Source: Convolutriloba macropyga | Lineage: Eukaryota | Length of the DNA stretch: 64,000 bases | NCBI RefSeq assembly: GCF_964194025.1 | Contig: NC_134481.1 | Location: 43,462,001-43,526,000, forward strand | Direction: 5' to 3' | Shown here: positions 13,352 through 23,997 of the stretch, piece after piece | Layout of the letters: every line of letters begins with the position of its first letter | Position numbering within the stretch: the first letter of the stretch is position 1 | The notes under the pieces: model-generated | What the model was told of the DNA's origin: nothing | What the model saw: only the letters and a program-made list of their open reading frames with translations | Databases searched by the model: none | Translations under genes and position numbers: made by a program

Positions 13352-13707
13352 TTTATAGCTGAGCTAAGGTATTATCCGCCTTCACTTGGCCTTTTTTATT
13401 CGACAACATTTTTGATATAGCCATATGACGTCACGCTCACTTTTTTGTTCACACGTGACTTACCTCACTATCATCTTTTTCAAATTGATGTTTTGCTTTT
13501 GTCAATTGGAGGCGGGGAGTTCTGTTGAGGAGATCTCAAACTAATTGAAAGTCATTTGAGGGCAGCTACACAATAAATAAATATAAATTAATTAAAGGGA
13601 TTGCAACAAGTAGAAAAAGTAATTTCTAGGGTCCTATTCTTTTCGTTTGTATTTTGAGACTACAAATCTATGAAGTCATCGTAACGATATAATCTGTCAG
13701 CTGTTTT
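13352..13707 (+). mobile_element. Short degenerate HINE family A copy upstream of Sec16
   Basis: TTTTATAGCTG start; ATATGACGTCAC and TTTTTGTTCAC shared with copy at 30783; GTGACTTACCTCAC at 13455; degenerate 3' end AATCTGTCAGCTGTTTT at about 13691. Confidence 0.5.
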
Positions 13708-13977
13708 ACTTAAAGTGTTAAATAATAATCAAATTCAATAATTGGCGCATCCAACCACAATTTTTTAATTCTATTTTGAAATCTAATCTAGAATTTTAAT
13801 TCTCACCCCGCTCTAGACCAGCAGAAAATACTCAATGCAAAAATCGGTCGTCTCTAGAGGTGGTCCTGGCTGTTGTTAGCTTTCTATGGGACAATGTTAC
13901 TTGCAATTAATCGAGTAATTTAAAAGCAGGTAACTTTAATTAAGAAGCAACTTATAATTTATCAAATTTTGTACTTA

Positions 13978-13992
13978 GTTTTCACTTTTCAG
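13978..13992 (+). other. Probable splice acceptor of a 5'-UTR intron of Sec16
   Basis: TTTTCACTTTTCAG polypyrimidine tract + AG ending 50 nt before the ORF ATG; upstream exon not identified. Confidence 0.4.
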
Positions 13993-14042
13993 ATTGTATG
14001 CTAATGATCATCTAATCGTTGAAAATACGAAGATGAATTGCG

Positions 14043-17000
14043 ATGCCAGTTAGAAGGCGTCAAAAGTTAAACGAAACAACCCATCTCCGATCACAAACTG
14101 CACTCAATGACAACAACAACAACAGTTACGACGAATTCTCGGATCAAAGCTCATGTTACACTAGTAGCATCCACTGTATAAAACTAACACCCACTAAACC
14201 CGTAATTACCCCAGATTCTGCTACCTCATTTAACCCTCTTTTGAGTGAAATGGCAGAACCAGCTTACGTGGCCGCGCAACACGGCGAGCAATACGCGTAC
14301 AGTGGCGATACAAACGTGACGGGTAACTGGGACCAGAGTCAATGGGAACAATGGCAGAGGCAATGGCAAAGTTGGTATGCCCAACAAAACACAATTAATC
14401 AACCTTTCAATAACCAACAATCCAGTCATCCTCAAGAATTCTCACAAGAAAGGGTCCAAAACGGAGGTTGGGTTAGTAGTACTAGTCATAGCGATAGCAC
14501 AAATAGCAATTTCGATTACAATTATACTCAAAGTCAAAATTTTTACACCCCCGAACAGTCAAATTTATCACATCGTCAATCGATATCATCATCGTCAGTA
14601 TCGTCGCTAACGACGCCATATTCCACAAACAATACAAATTACTCTCACTCAAATTCGAATAATAGTTTAGTTTGTGAACACAGAAATGCGGAGGTCACGC
14701 AACCGTACGAGGCAATATATCACTACTCTTGTCCTGATTGTGAACGATCGGGTTTTTATGATACCTCGGGAAGAGTCTATTCTGAGGAAGAGCTCCAGAA
14801 AGAATTCTCAAAACCCGGAATTGCGCCAAATGAGATTCAGAATGGCTATTCAGAAATTCCTGAAGAAAGATCTAACGCAGTTTTGAATGCCAGCCCTTAC
14901 ACAGTCGGTTCAGAACCTCGAGAAACTTCTCTTTCTGAAACGCCGAATCGGGAAAACGTGGTTTCTTCATCAAACAAACAAATTTTAAATGGAAGTACAG
15001 ACCCTAAAGCTGAGAGCCAGTCAGCCTGGGAACTCAATTGGGGCTACAGTGGTATGCAACAAAGTAACGGGTACCCATATCAAGACGGCTGGTCAAGCTG
15101 GGGTGCGGAACCTGATTGGGGTGCAACTCAAAATCAAACGTGGCATGTTTCGGAGAATCAGAAATCGATAGAATCATCAGAACATTTGACGCCAGTTAAT
15201 GGTGTCTACGATGATAGCTCTCGCATTTATCAACAAAACCGCACCTTCGAGAATGAGGCCAATAATGTACAAGAAGCTGAGAGTCGAGCAGCCGAAAATC
15301 AGCCAAATTATGTTTCGGAGATCTCTCAAAGCTCAAATTTCGAGACGCTTGAAAATAAAAGCAGCAGCAATATTGAGAATGGACTTAAAATGGATGAGGT
15401 CAGAGACGAAGCAGACCTGAATTCCAGCAGCAGTGGAGTGTCAAACGACTGCAACGTGATGTCGGAACCGATCTCTGAAACTAATCCTGAAGGTTTCGGG
15501 AAACCCTATGAAAGTACCGAGACCTTCGCCGACAGATCTCATGAAGAGACAGTACAGAATGAAATGGATGTGTTTGACCATATTAATTCCGATTTTCAGG
15601 CAGCTGCCAACATTTATAGTGCAGATTTTGCGACAGAGGTGTATCACACGAGTGCTGGAACCAGAACTGAACCCGCGGGCAGTAACTGGAACGAGTTTCA
15701 TCCGAATGTTGCAATTACGGAGAATATTGATCACAACCAACCGAGTGGGAAACACATCTCTAATTGCTACAATGATGGTGCATTTGGAGTTTCTGCGGGA
15801 AGTGCGCCTGTAATTTATCTGAAAAGCGATGTTGGCGGAACTTCAATGAGCTCGAAAATTACAGAAAACAAAACGACGGAAGTCAACTCAAATTGGTCTC
15901 ATGATGACCGGAACAGTAATTTTGAAAACAGTGCAGGAAGTAGTTATGGATATAACAAAAGTGTACTCAATTCGGAGAGCAAAACAGAACTGACGCCAGA
16001 TGGATTACCCGTGGAATCTTCTACAGATCGGGAAGCCTTCCTTGAACAGACTCAGGGTTGGTCTATGGACTTCGAATATGACAATGAGTTCGAGAGCGAT
16101 TTCATAGTTCCTGACGTCACCAAGGAAGATATCAAAGACATTGAACAGCAGCTGAATGAGGAAAACAGCGCGAACCTTGATCATGAAAATGATGAAAACA
16201 TGCAAGGCGGGTCTATGATGCAATTAGAACAGCGAGAACTAAGTGAAAGTTTGCACGTTGAGAACATTCCAGATAGGACAACGAATAGTTATGAAGACCA
16301 CGTTACCGAGGGTTCCCAAAATACCCAAAACGAGAGGACTTATTCCGAGAGTGACTACCGGGCCCATAATTGGCAAGAAAACAGTGCTGACGAGACGCCC
16401 GAGGTCAAGAACTCCGAAAATGCAACAGAGGCAAACGTTGAACAATCGCAGTTGCAGCTTCGAGCCAACGAAGATAGTCCAAATGTTCCGAGTTTCGATA
16501 AAATTCCATTTGATCCATTTTCTGCATTAGTTTCAACTGAGATTACTGATGATTCACAAGCTGACGATGCTTCAAACAGTGTTTCTTTTAAAGAAGTTCC
16601 AGTTCAAGCGTCCCATGAACAGTTTGAAAGTACCCCCTCAGAGGTGCCAATAGGAGAAACAAAAAAGCAAGAATCTGTTGAACAGATCAAAAGTAACGTC
16701 TCAGAAATGGAGAACGCAAAACCAGGCGAACCGTATGTTACGGACGACGAGGGTTTAATGGACCACAATGTGATCAGTATGTATTCAGAGTGTATTGGTC
16801 AAATGAAGACTGTTTCCCAAGTTTACACTGAAAGATACTACCAGTGGCAGGCTTCCCAGTTCAATCAAGCTGTCCAAAACTCGGACCAGTCGAATGAGAG
16901 TGGGGTGGGTTCTGTTCACACTTCAGGAAGAATTGACGGTACGTCCTATGAAGCAGCTACAGCGATTGATGAAAACGTAGATACAAATAACCACCTTGAT

Positions 17001-20000
17001 AGTGTCAATGACGAGAAGATTGAAACCAGAATGCTCGAGGAACAAAATCAGCGTCAGACTATAGTTGATCAAAATGTTTTTGGGGAAAGTGAAATTGAGA
17101 AATGCGATCTAAACGACAATACAGAAGGGCAGCAACCAAATTCTCAAGTTTCTTTAGAATGTTTGAATGATTCAACCGCCATATCTGGAACTCTAGTTTC
17201 GCCAGAAGGACGACAGATTGGTCAAAATTATGGAGATTTTTCTCACTGGAACACGTCGGAGTTTGGTATTTCTGTTGCTCTTGAGAATAGAAGCCAAAAC
17301 GTGACCGAGAGTCAAATTTCTGGCCTTGGAGAGTTAGATAAAACTGAGGGCTTTGACCATCAAGTATATAGTGATCTAAGCGAGTCAGCAGCAGCAGATA
17401 GCAATGTGATTTCGTTTAATATCGAGGAGGGTTCCGAGAGTCATCAATACCAGTTAAGCGAGAATGTTAAAAATATGACTTCGTCTCAGTTAAATGAATC
17501 TGAAATTTTGCGGCATGAAATTGAGCTAACCAAAGGTGCTGAACTGAACAAAGAAGTCAAGTTTTCAGGAGTTGTCGATATGACAGCTGAGGAGTCATCT
17601 TATGACGTCACTGATGTGAAATTGCATAACAATGACGCAAGTATTAACACAAGTGATGTAACATTTTCCTCGCTTAACAATGAAACGCCTGCCGACATGA
17701 ATATGGCAACAAGCGAACACTCTAAAACTCAAAAATCTTTTGCTGTTTTGAACTCTATAGCGGACCCTGAATTAGAAGATGAATCCCAAACAACGGAAGA
17801 AAAGACAGTTGAAATTGTGTCAGCACAGTGGGATAATAACCAGTGGTACGACAATGACAACACCTGGTCCGAGTCCAGGCAGATTCCAGAAATTGACACC
17901 TCAATTGGGGCTCCAAAAGTGGACGACAGTAGCGATGTAGCCGCTTCTTACGCGACCGGTTGGGATCAAAGCCAGAGTTTGGCTTCATGGAATGATTGGA
18001 ACTACACAGGTGGGAAAAATTGGGTTTATTCAAACGCCCAATATGAGGAACCTCGTTGGTCGGGATCTACGTCTCAAGGAGAAAGACACAATATTGAATC
18101 TCAAGAGCTGGGAAGTCAGTACTTGACAGAAGCACCACCGGCATACCAAAATGAAAATGTTTCGGATGAAATAAATAGTTTAGATTCAAAAAGTCTTAAT
18201 GTCAATGACGTTAGTGAGCTGCCGCGTGAGAAAACATCAGGCGAAAATAATGTCTCTTTACCTTTAAATGAAGTAGAAATAAAACCTGCGGCCCATTTTG
18301 AACCCAATTTTGTATCTGCATCTCCTGTCTGTGAGTCAAATGAAAAGGTTGAAGTAACTCCTCTGGGTGGTAATGGTTGGGATATGTCCTCTGACTGGGA
18401 AACTAATTTTGACGCTGACATTTCTTACAGTGTTCAGATTGCTTGTCAGAAAAGCTCATCTGAAATCGAAGCATCAGTGCCAAAAGAAATTTATACTGAA
18501 GAGTTCGACCAGCTTAGAGGAGAAATTGGAGACAGAGAAACGAGAGCTCAAGTTGCCTCGATCCCGAGAGATCCCGAGGTTTCATCAGTTATGAATCCAG
18601 TGGCTGATGTTAGAAATGCTCATGTTCCAGAGGTCTCGGTTGTGGATTCCTGGAGTGGCTGGAATGAATGGGAATCGAATCAGATGAGCTACAATCAAAT
18701 AACCAATCAATGGGAGCATGCGAACACCTGGGATCATTCGTATTACAAGCCTGTGGAAAGTGCCAATGGAGTGAAAGAATGCCATTCTGTTGAAAATGCC
18801 ACAGCGAATTTGAATTATGGTCAAGAACATCCAGAATCGCAGGCAGAAGTTGATCCAAGTTTTGCTGGAGAGTTTGCACAACATCATAAAGATCTAACAA
18901 TGAGTGTGGAGGTAGAGTCTGAATATACAGTGCCTGAATTGGATCCAAAAATTGTTCGTTCATACGTCCCACAAAACGAACTTCAGCTCAAAATTCAGGC
19001 CCAGAATTTCAGCTCAAATATACATCACAATGAGTATGTTATTGGGGATAATAAGGTCGAGAAGACAGAAGGCTGGGGTTGGTCCGCCGAGAGTGTCGGC
19101 GATGACGAAACAAATATAGACGAAGCCGATAAACGGAAATCGGACGACGGAATTATGAACCAAAATGATGCCGTTCCAAATGACTTTGGTCCGAACCAAG
19201 TTGTCGAACATGCTAACTATTTGTATCAAGGACAGCAAGAAGTACAAAATGGAATGTGCAACCAATTTGAAGCAGGTGAAACTGAAAATGTTGTAAATGA
19301 CCGTCGAGAAACGACTGTTCCTGCGGCTGTATCTTTGGACGGGTTCGGTGGCATAGAATCCGAAATGACAGTACCTGGACATCAGTGGAGTGGATGGGAA
19401 GATTCGTGGGACGATGGATGGGATGTTGAAGAAGAACAAGAAACGAATCCAAGAAGCAACACTGCAATTGAAGTGACACCATTGATCGAATCCTTTGATA
19501 GAAGTCAGCCAATGAAATCGGCCGAATCGAATTACAACTTGCAAAGTTCGCCATTACAAGCAACACCTGATCAAGATACATGTTTGGAACCAGAAGGAAC
19601 TTCAGAATTGACGGACGTTAACTTTACACCACCTTTGTCATCAGTTCAGCATTTGAAACATTTACAATCTGAAACAAACTTCAACGATAGTTCAAATTCT
19701 GCATCACATGAAACGGCTGCTTCAAAGCCTATTGATGTTAAGAACTTAAAAATTTCCCCATCATTTGCCCTCAGGAAGTCTTGTTCTAGGTTGCCAGTAT
19801 CGAAATTGGTGATGAGCGACGAAAGTATCCCGGAAAAGTCAGCATTGTTCTTAGATAAAAATGATGATAACGATATTGAAAATTGTCAAAATGTATCATT
19901 TAATGTGAATTCAGAACCACCTCGAAAAACAAATTTGCCAGTAATCGACGGTCGTAAAAGTCTAGGTAGTTCTGATGAAAAACAAGACGAGATTGTCAAA

Positions 20001-23000
20001 CCAACTCAAAGAAAAAGTGATATAGCTGCTTTTGAAATTCTTCCGGTTAAAGAGAAAAAGATTGTAAAATCACATGTTCCTAAGTTTGACGAGTCTTTAG
20101 ACGATATCAGTTGTGTGTCTACGTCGAGTCGGCAATCTAAGCAAAAGTTGCCGGTGTCACGCGAGATTTTCGGTACTCCTAATGATTCCAATGACGCAAT
20201 TGAAATCCATGGAATAGAGCCAGAGGAATCGAATTGTCTGCTTGAAGTTGAAAACGTGTCACATAGTGAAACACAATGTAAACAATCGGAACAAAGCGAT
20301 GAAGGAAATTTAGTTACAACTAATGTTGGCTCAAAAGACAGTTTAACAGAGCAAAAAATAATTCCAACCAGTAATTCATTGGAACCGGCCAAAACACATC
20401 AACCACTGTTAGCTACAGAAACGTTTGGTTACACATTCGAACAACCGAAAACTGATGTGCCTATTAGCTACCCAACAAACTTCAAAAATAGTTCTAACCA
20501 GCTGAGCAGAAATTCGTCTTTTACCGGAAGTGAAAGCAATGCCGTCAACTACACACAACAAAATCAATATCAACAACCACAACATAACGTGTCATTTCCA
20601 GGAGTGTATCCAACTTCCTTCACGCCTGATGCAAATTTTCACCCCAGACCTGCGCCTCCGATTCTGCACCCGTTCATGACACCGCCTCCTGCAAATTTGG
20701 GCGCACCCTTATCTGTTCACGTGCCTCCGCCTATGTCCCCTATGGGTGCGCCGGTTGGGTTCCAGCCAAACCCAATGATGATGAACCACCAAATGCAAAT
20801 GTACTACCAGTGGCAGCTTCAAAACATGTACAACAGCTACATCCAAAACTATATGAGTTACTCCCAGATGATGTCGAGACACAAGGGAACATCGCCCAGA
20901 CGTACCACTACGAGGTTCGCATCTGTTAGTGAGATGACATCGGGAAGTGGGAATGATACCGACAACGATGAGGTATCAGAAATCAATGATAATGATGCTG
21001 TCAATAACGCACAAGAAGATGAAACCGCTGAAAACAGACAAACGCCTGAATTGTTCTCAAGAATGCATTCAGTTGCTAAGTTCTCGGCAAATGGTCGGTT
21101 CGTGTTCACAGATAACATCAGCGCAGAGCGTTCGCAATTGTTTCACACGTCTCATGTCATTCCAGTTCCAAAAGCCGTCCGAGAATTCCCGGGACCTTTC
21201 AATCGTGACCGATCTATGAAATCAGATGTGAGGTCTTATCTTTCTGAAAGATTAAACGATGCTCAAAACGAGAACTTGAAAGACTTGGCAATTTTGATTA
21301 AGTATCTGATTTTATTGGTTGAGAGTAATGGTGCTGTAAACGGATCGGCTGTTGCTAAGATCTTATTGGGCGATGAATCGTCCAATGAAATTGAAGACGA
21401 CGAAGATTTGGATGATTTCGACATCTTAGAATCGTTCGAACCGACCAATGAAAGCGGCAGAACTTTAATCAATAGTTGCGATGCTGAACTAACAGAAGAT
21501 GACAGAATAAATATGGTAAAATTCGCAATGTTAGGTGAAGAAAATAAATTATTACAGTACACGAGCGAACATAATTTATGGGGATTTGCTCTAAGATTTT
21601 CAGCCTTTACTCAAGTCTCCTCAACTCAGCGTATGATTGTCGAACTGTTTGATCAAAAATGCATTCCAGGAATCACAAATCCACTGCAAACCTTTATTTC
21701 ACTCAAAGAGAGGCGAACATTTTCTCCTGAATTCTTGCGCGATTGTTGGAAAAATTGGGAACAGCACGTTGCGATAATGTTATCGAACCAAACATCGGAT
21801 AATGAGTATAATCAACATTGTTTTATGATCCTTGGCAACGCGCTGGACAACAATGGTTTAAACATAGCTGCTCAAATGTGCTATATTCTAGCGGGCTCAC
21901 AGTTTTCGCTTCCTTGGGAAGCGGATTCGAGATTGTTGCTATTAGGAACAAACGCTGAAAGCATCTCGGCGGCCATGAATGATTTTGACAGCATTTTTCT
22001 AAGTTTATGCTTCGAGTTCGCTGTTCATTTGAGACACCAAGCTCAAGACGTCTGTTTCCCGTCCTTGCAGCACTTCAAGTTTTTACTAGCGAAGCAATAC
22101 GTGGAGTTTGGGTTAAACACTAAAGCGTTTGAGTTTTGTAAAGATATTTCGAAGGAACTTCTGAGAAACCCCGATTTGTTCAGAACGCAATTTGTCAGAG
22201 ACGTTATTGAGTTGAGTAACGGTTTGAAATACTCGATTGATAATGGTTCCTTGGGTGTCGACTTTATATCCGAGTTGGAAACTTTAATGATGCCCCCTGC
22301 CTTGAGAGAGCCAGAGCATTTGCCCATTATTAGAGAGGCGGAGGTCTCTAGACTGGATCTTGCTGGTCAGACAATAAATACAGGTTCTCTTTCTGCTTCT
22401 CAACAATTGGACGATCAATACTTCTACAACAACTCTCACAACTTTGATCAATCGATGGGGTATCCCAGTAATGCTAGTGATAGGCTGTCGAAGTCGAGTA
22501 CGTTGGAGAGACCGATAGAAGGTTACGATTCCAATTTGACATCAGTGAATTTCGAAACGTCCGTTCCTGTCACTGAGAAACTGGCGCCAATAGACATCGA
22601 TACGATGGTCAGTGGCAAAGAGCATCTTGGATCGGAACCGGGATCCCCCAACGTCTTTGCCGACAGCTCGGCGGACTTGAGATACCTTCAGATGGCGTCA
22701 TCAGACGATGCCCATTTTTACAGCGCGCCTCGAATGTCGAATAGTGCTCTATTGAACGTGAACAAATCCGCTGTCGCTTTCGAAATGCCGAGCAGTACTA
22801 CAAACATGGCAGAGACTAGAAGCACGTTTGACCCCAGTCTAACTGAAGCAGATTACAGAAAGAAATACCAAGACTCACAGCAAACTCCCAAATTCAAAAT
22901 GCAGCCATATTTCTCTGGATCGTCAAATAGTGTGAATAGCATTGGCTCGCCCTACCGCAAACGCGATAATTTATTCAGAGAATCCGTCGGCTCAGAAGCG

Positions 23001-23900
23001 AGTGAGATCCTAAGTGGCGTCTTCGACGGTAGCGGGAACCGAAGTCGCCATAACTCCATGCATAATTACGACAAAGTTCAACGATCGATTGATCGACCAA
23101 TGAGTGTCAGCTCAGATCGGTCAACTTATTCTCTAAAATACAATACAATAATTCCAGAATCGGACGAGCCAAATGTTGATGACAGAGCAACGCCTACGAA
23201 CGACATGAACAGAATTCAAGCAGCGGATCCAGCGCCTAAAACAGCCACGGGTTCTAATGCAGCTGCTAGGAAAGAGTCTTGGTTGTTCACAGGTGTCAAA
23301 AATGTGCTAGGAAAGTTGATGCCGTTGCCAAATCAAATGCACCTTCCGGATGATAAAAGTTCCGATTTTTACTGGGATCCAGAAAAGAAAAAGTGGGTAG
23401 ATACAACAAAAGACGGGAAAGAGGAGGAATTACTACCACCCCCTCCTATGGTCGATATGATGCAACCAATGGAAAAACCAGTCATTCCAGCTAAGGACTC
23501 AAGTAATTCTGAACGGCCAGCTGAGCACCCAAGCATTGGAGCTGTAAATAATGAAAATTCAAGCATATCTGCCAACCCAGTAGCTAATGTGGCTTTGTTG
23601 CCGCCTGTCGTAGCCCCAGGCAACCCGTTCGCCAGAGGACGTGGTCTAGCGAAATCCAAGTACGTCGACATACTTGCCAATTCCAAACAAGTGTCTCAAA
23701 CCAGTCCAGGTTCGAACCAACCACCGCCACCAACTATTTCATCATTCATGCCAGGTCCTTTTCCTCCGATGCCCTTTGCTGGTGAAGCACCTCCATTCCC
23801 CATGCCTGACCCCGAAGAAGACTCTGGGTTAAACTCTGGAGAACCTTCTGCTCAAGGGGCTCCCCCGCCAGCCTCACGGCCAGTAGCAGCCTCTTCATAG
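14043..23900 (+). CDS. SEC16: Protein transport protein Sec16 homologue (COPII/ER exit site scaffold), 3285 aa, single coding exon
   Basis: Central conserved domain motifs TPELFSRMHSVAKFS, FPGPF, LLVESNGAVNGSAVAKILL, NLWGFAL, NPLQT, WEQHVAIMLSN, LGNALDNNGLNIAAQMCYILAG (about 21040-22300). C-terminal LPDDKSSDFYWDPEKKKWVD-PPPP and KYVDIL motifs resemble metazoan Sec16A. Long acidic low-complexity N-terminus; the start codon could be a downstream Met. Confidence 0.92.
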   Translation: MPVRRRQKLNETTHLRSQTALNDNNNNSYDEFSDQSSCYTSSIHCIKLTPTKPVITPDSATSFNPLLSEMAEPAYVAAQHGEQYAYSGDTNVTGNWDQSQWEQWQRQWQSWYAQQNTINQPFNNQQSSHPQEFSQERVQNGGWVSSTSHSDSTNSNFDYNYTQSQNFYTPEQSNLSHRQSISSSSVSSLTTPYSTNNTNYSHSNSNNSLVCEHRNAEVTQPYEAIYHYSCPDCERSGFYDTSGRVYSEEELQKEFSKPGIAPNEIQNGYSEIPEERSNAVLNASPYTVGSEPRETSLSETPNRENVVSSSNKQILNGSTDPKAESQSAWELNWGYSGMQQSNGYPYQDGWSSWGAEPDWGATQNQTWHVSENQKSIESSEHLTPVNGVYDDSSRIYQQNRTFENEANNVQEAESRAAENQPNYVSEISQSSNFETLENKSSSNIENGLKMDEVRDEADLNSSSSGVSNDCNVMSEPISETNPEGFGKPYESTETFADRSHEETVQNEMDVFDHINSDFQAAANIYSADFATEVYHTSAGTRTEPAGSNWNEFHPNVAITENIDHNQPSGKHISNCYNDGAFGVSAGSAPVIYLKSDVGGTSMSSKITENKTTEVNSNWSHDDRNSNFENSAGSSYGYNKSVLNSESKTELTPDGLPVESSTDREAFLEQTQGWSMDFEYDNEFESDFIVPDVTKEDIKDIEQQLNEENSANLDHENDENMQGGSMMQLEQRELSESLHVENIPDRTTNSYEDHVTEGSQNTQNERTYSESDYRAHNWQENSADETPEVKNSENATEANVEQSQLQLRANEDSPNVPSFDKIPFDPFSALVSTEITDDSQADDASNSVSFKEVPVQASHEQFESTPSEVPIGETKKQESVEQIKSNVSEMENAKPGEPYVTDDEGLMDHNVISMYSECIGQMKTVSQVYTERYYQWQASQFNQAVQNSDQSNESGVGSVHTSGRIDGTSYEAATAIDENVDTNNHLDSVNDEKIETRMLEEQNQRQTIVDQNVFGESEIEKCDLNDNTEGQQPNSQVSLECLNDSTAISGTLVSPEGRQIGQNYGDFSHWNTSEFGISVALENRSQNVTESQISGLGELDKTEGFDHQVYSDLSESAAADSNVISFNIEEGSESHQYQLSENVKNMTSSQLNESEILRHEIELTKGAELNKEVKFSGVVDMTAEESSYDVTDVKLHNNDASINTSDVTFSSLNNETPADMNMATSEHSKTQKSFAVLNSIADPELEDESQTTEEKTVEIVSAQWDNNQWYDNDNTWSESRQIPEIDTSIGAPKVDDSSDVAASYATGWDQSQSLASWNDWNYTGGKNWVYSNAQYEEPRWSGSTSQGERHNIESQELGSQYLTEAPPAYQNENVSDEINSLDSKSLNVNDVSELPREKTSGENNVSLPLNEVEIKPAAHFEPNFVSASPVCESNEKVEVTPLGGNGWDMSSDWETNFDADISYSVQIACQKSSSEIEASVPKEIYTEEFDQLRGEIGDRETRAQVASIPRDPEVSSVMNPVADVRNAHVPEVSVVDSWSGWNEWESNQMSYNQITNQWEHANTWDHSYYKPVESANGVKECHSVENATANLNYGQEHPESQAEVDPSFAGEFAQHHKDLTMSVEVESEYTVPELDPKIVRSYVPQNELQLKIQAQNFSSNIHHNEYVIGDNKVEKTEGWGWSAESVGDDETNIDEADKRKSDDGIMNQNDAVPNDFGPNQVVEHANYLYQGQQEVQNGMCNQFEAGETENVVNDRRETTVPAAVSLDGFGGIESEMTVPGHQWSGWEDSWDDGWDVEEEQETNPRSNTAIEVTPLIESFDRSQPMKSAESNYNLQSSPLQATPDQDTCLEPEGTSELTDVNFTPPLSSVQHLKHLQSETNFNDSSNSASHETAASKPIDVKNLKISPSFALRKSCSRLPVSKLVMSDESIPEKSALFLDKNDDNDIENCQNVSFNVNSEPPRKTNLPVIDGRKSLGSSDEKQDEIVKPTQRKSDIAAFEILPVKEKKIVKSHVPKFDESLDDISCVSTSSRQSKQKLPVSREIFGTPNDSNDAIEIHGIEPEESNCLLEVENVSHSETQCKQSEQSDEGNLVTTNVGSKDSLTEQKIIPTSNSLEPAKTHQPLLATETFGYTFEQPKTDVPISYPTNFKNSSNQLSRNSSFTGSESNAVNYTQQNQYQQPQHNVSFPGVYPTSFTPDANFHPRPAPPILHPFMTPPPANLGAPLSVHVPPPMSPMGAPVGFQPNPMMMNHQMQMYYQWQLQNMYNSYIQNYMSYSQMMSRHKGTSPRRTTTRFASVSEMTSGSGNDTDNDEVSEINDNDAVNNAQEDETAENRQTPELFSRMHSVAKFSANGRFVFTDNISAERSQLFHTSHVIPVPKAVREFPGPFNRDRSMKSDVRSYLSERLNDAQNENLKDLAILIKYLILLVESNGAVNGSAVAKILLGDESSNEIEDDEDLDDFDILESFEPTNESGRTLINSCDAELTEDDRINMVKFAMLGEENKLLQYTSEHNLWGFALRFSAFTQVSSTQRMIVELFDQKCIPGITNPLQTFISLKERRTFSPEFLRDCWKNWEQHVAIMLSNQTSDNEYNQHCFMILGNALDNNGLNIAAQMCYILAGSQFSLPWEADSRLLLLGTNAESISAAMNDFDSIFLSLCFEFAVHLRHQAQDVCFPSLQHFKFLLAKQYVEFGLNTKAFEFCKDISKELLRNPDLFRTQFVRDVIELSNGLKYSIDNGSLGVDFISELETLMMPPALREPEHLPIIREAEVSRLDLAGQTINTGSLSASQQLDDQYFYNNSHNFDQSMGYPSNASDRLSKSSTLERPIEGYDSNLTSVNFETSVPVTEKLAPIDIDTMVSGKEHLGSEPGSPNVFADSSADLRYLQMASSDDAHFYSAPRMSNSALLNVNKSAVAFEMPSSTTNMAETRSTFDPSLTEADYRKKYQDSQQTPKFKMQPYFSGSSNSVNSIGSPYRKRDNLFRESVGSEASEILSGVFDGSGNRSRHNSMHNYDKVQRSIDRPMSVSSDRSTYSLKYNTIIPESDEPNVDDRATPTNDMNRIQAADPAPKTATGSNAAARKESWLFTGVKNVLGKLMPLPNQMHLPDDKSSDFYWDPEKKKWVDTTKDGKEEELLPPPPMVDMMQPMEKPVIPAKDSSNSERPAEHPSIGAVNNENSSISANPVANVALLPPVVAPGNPFARGRGLAKSKYVDILANSKQVSQTSPGSNQPPPPTISSFMPGPFPPMPFAGEAPPFPMPDPEEDSGLNSGEPSAQGAPPPASRPVAASS

Positions 23901-23997
23901 CAATGAGTTCTTCCATTTCTTGCTAAATGCTAGAACGCCAAGAAAACAGTTAGTAATTTTCATATGGTTTCAACCACTGCTCTTGATGTTTCTTTTT

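Noticed and set aside
14320-19430. GW/WG repeats in Sec16 as Argonaute hooks
   Set aside because: Most Trp contexts are acidic (WD/WE/DW) rather than Gly-rich, and the protein is clearly Sec16; coat or motor binding is the simpler reading
14226-23686. Short antisense and alternate-frame ORFs overlapping Sec16
   Set aside because: Expected shadow ORFs of a long coding sequence; no recognisable motifs
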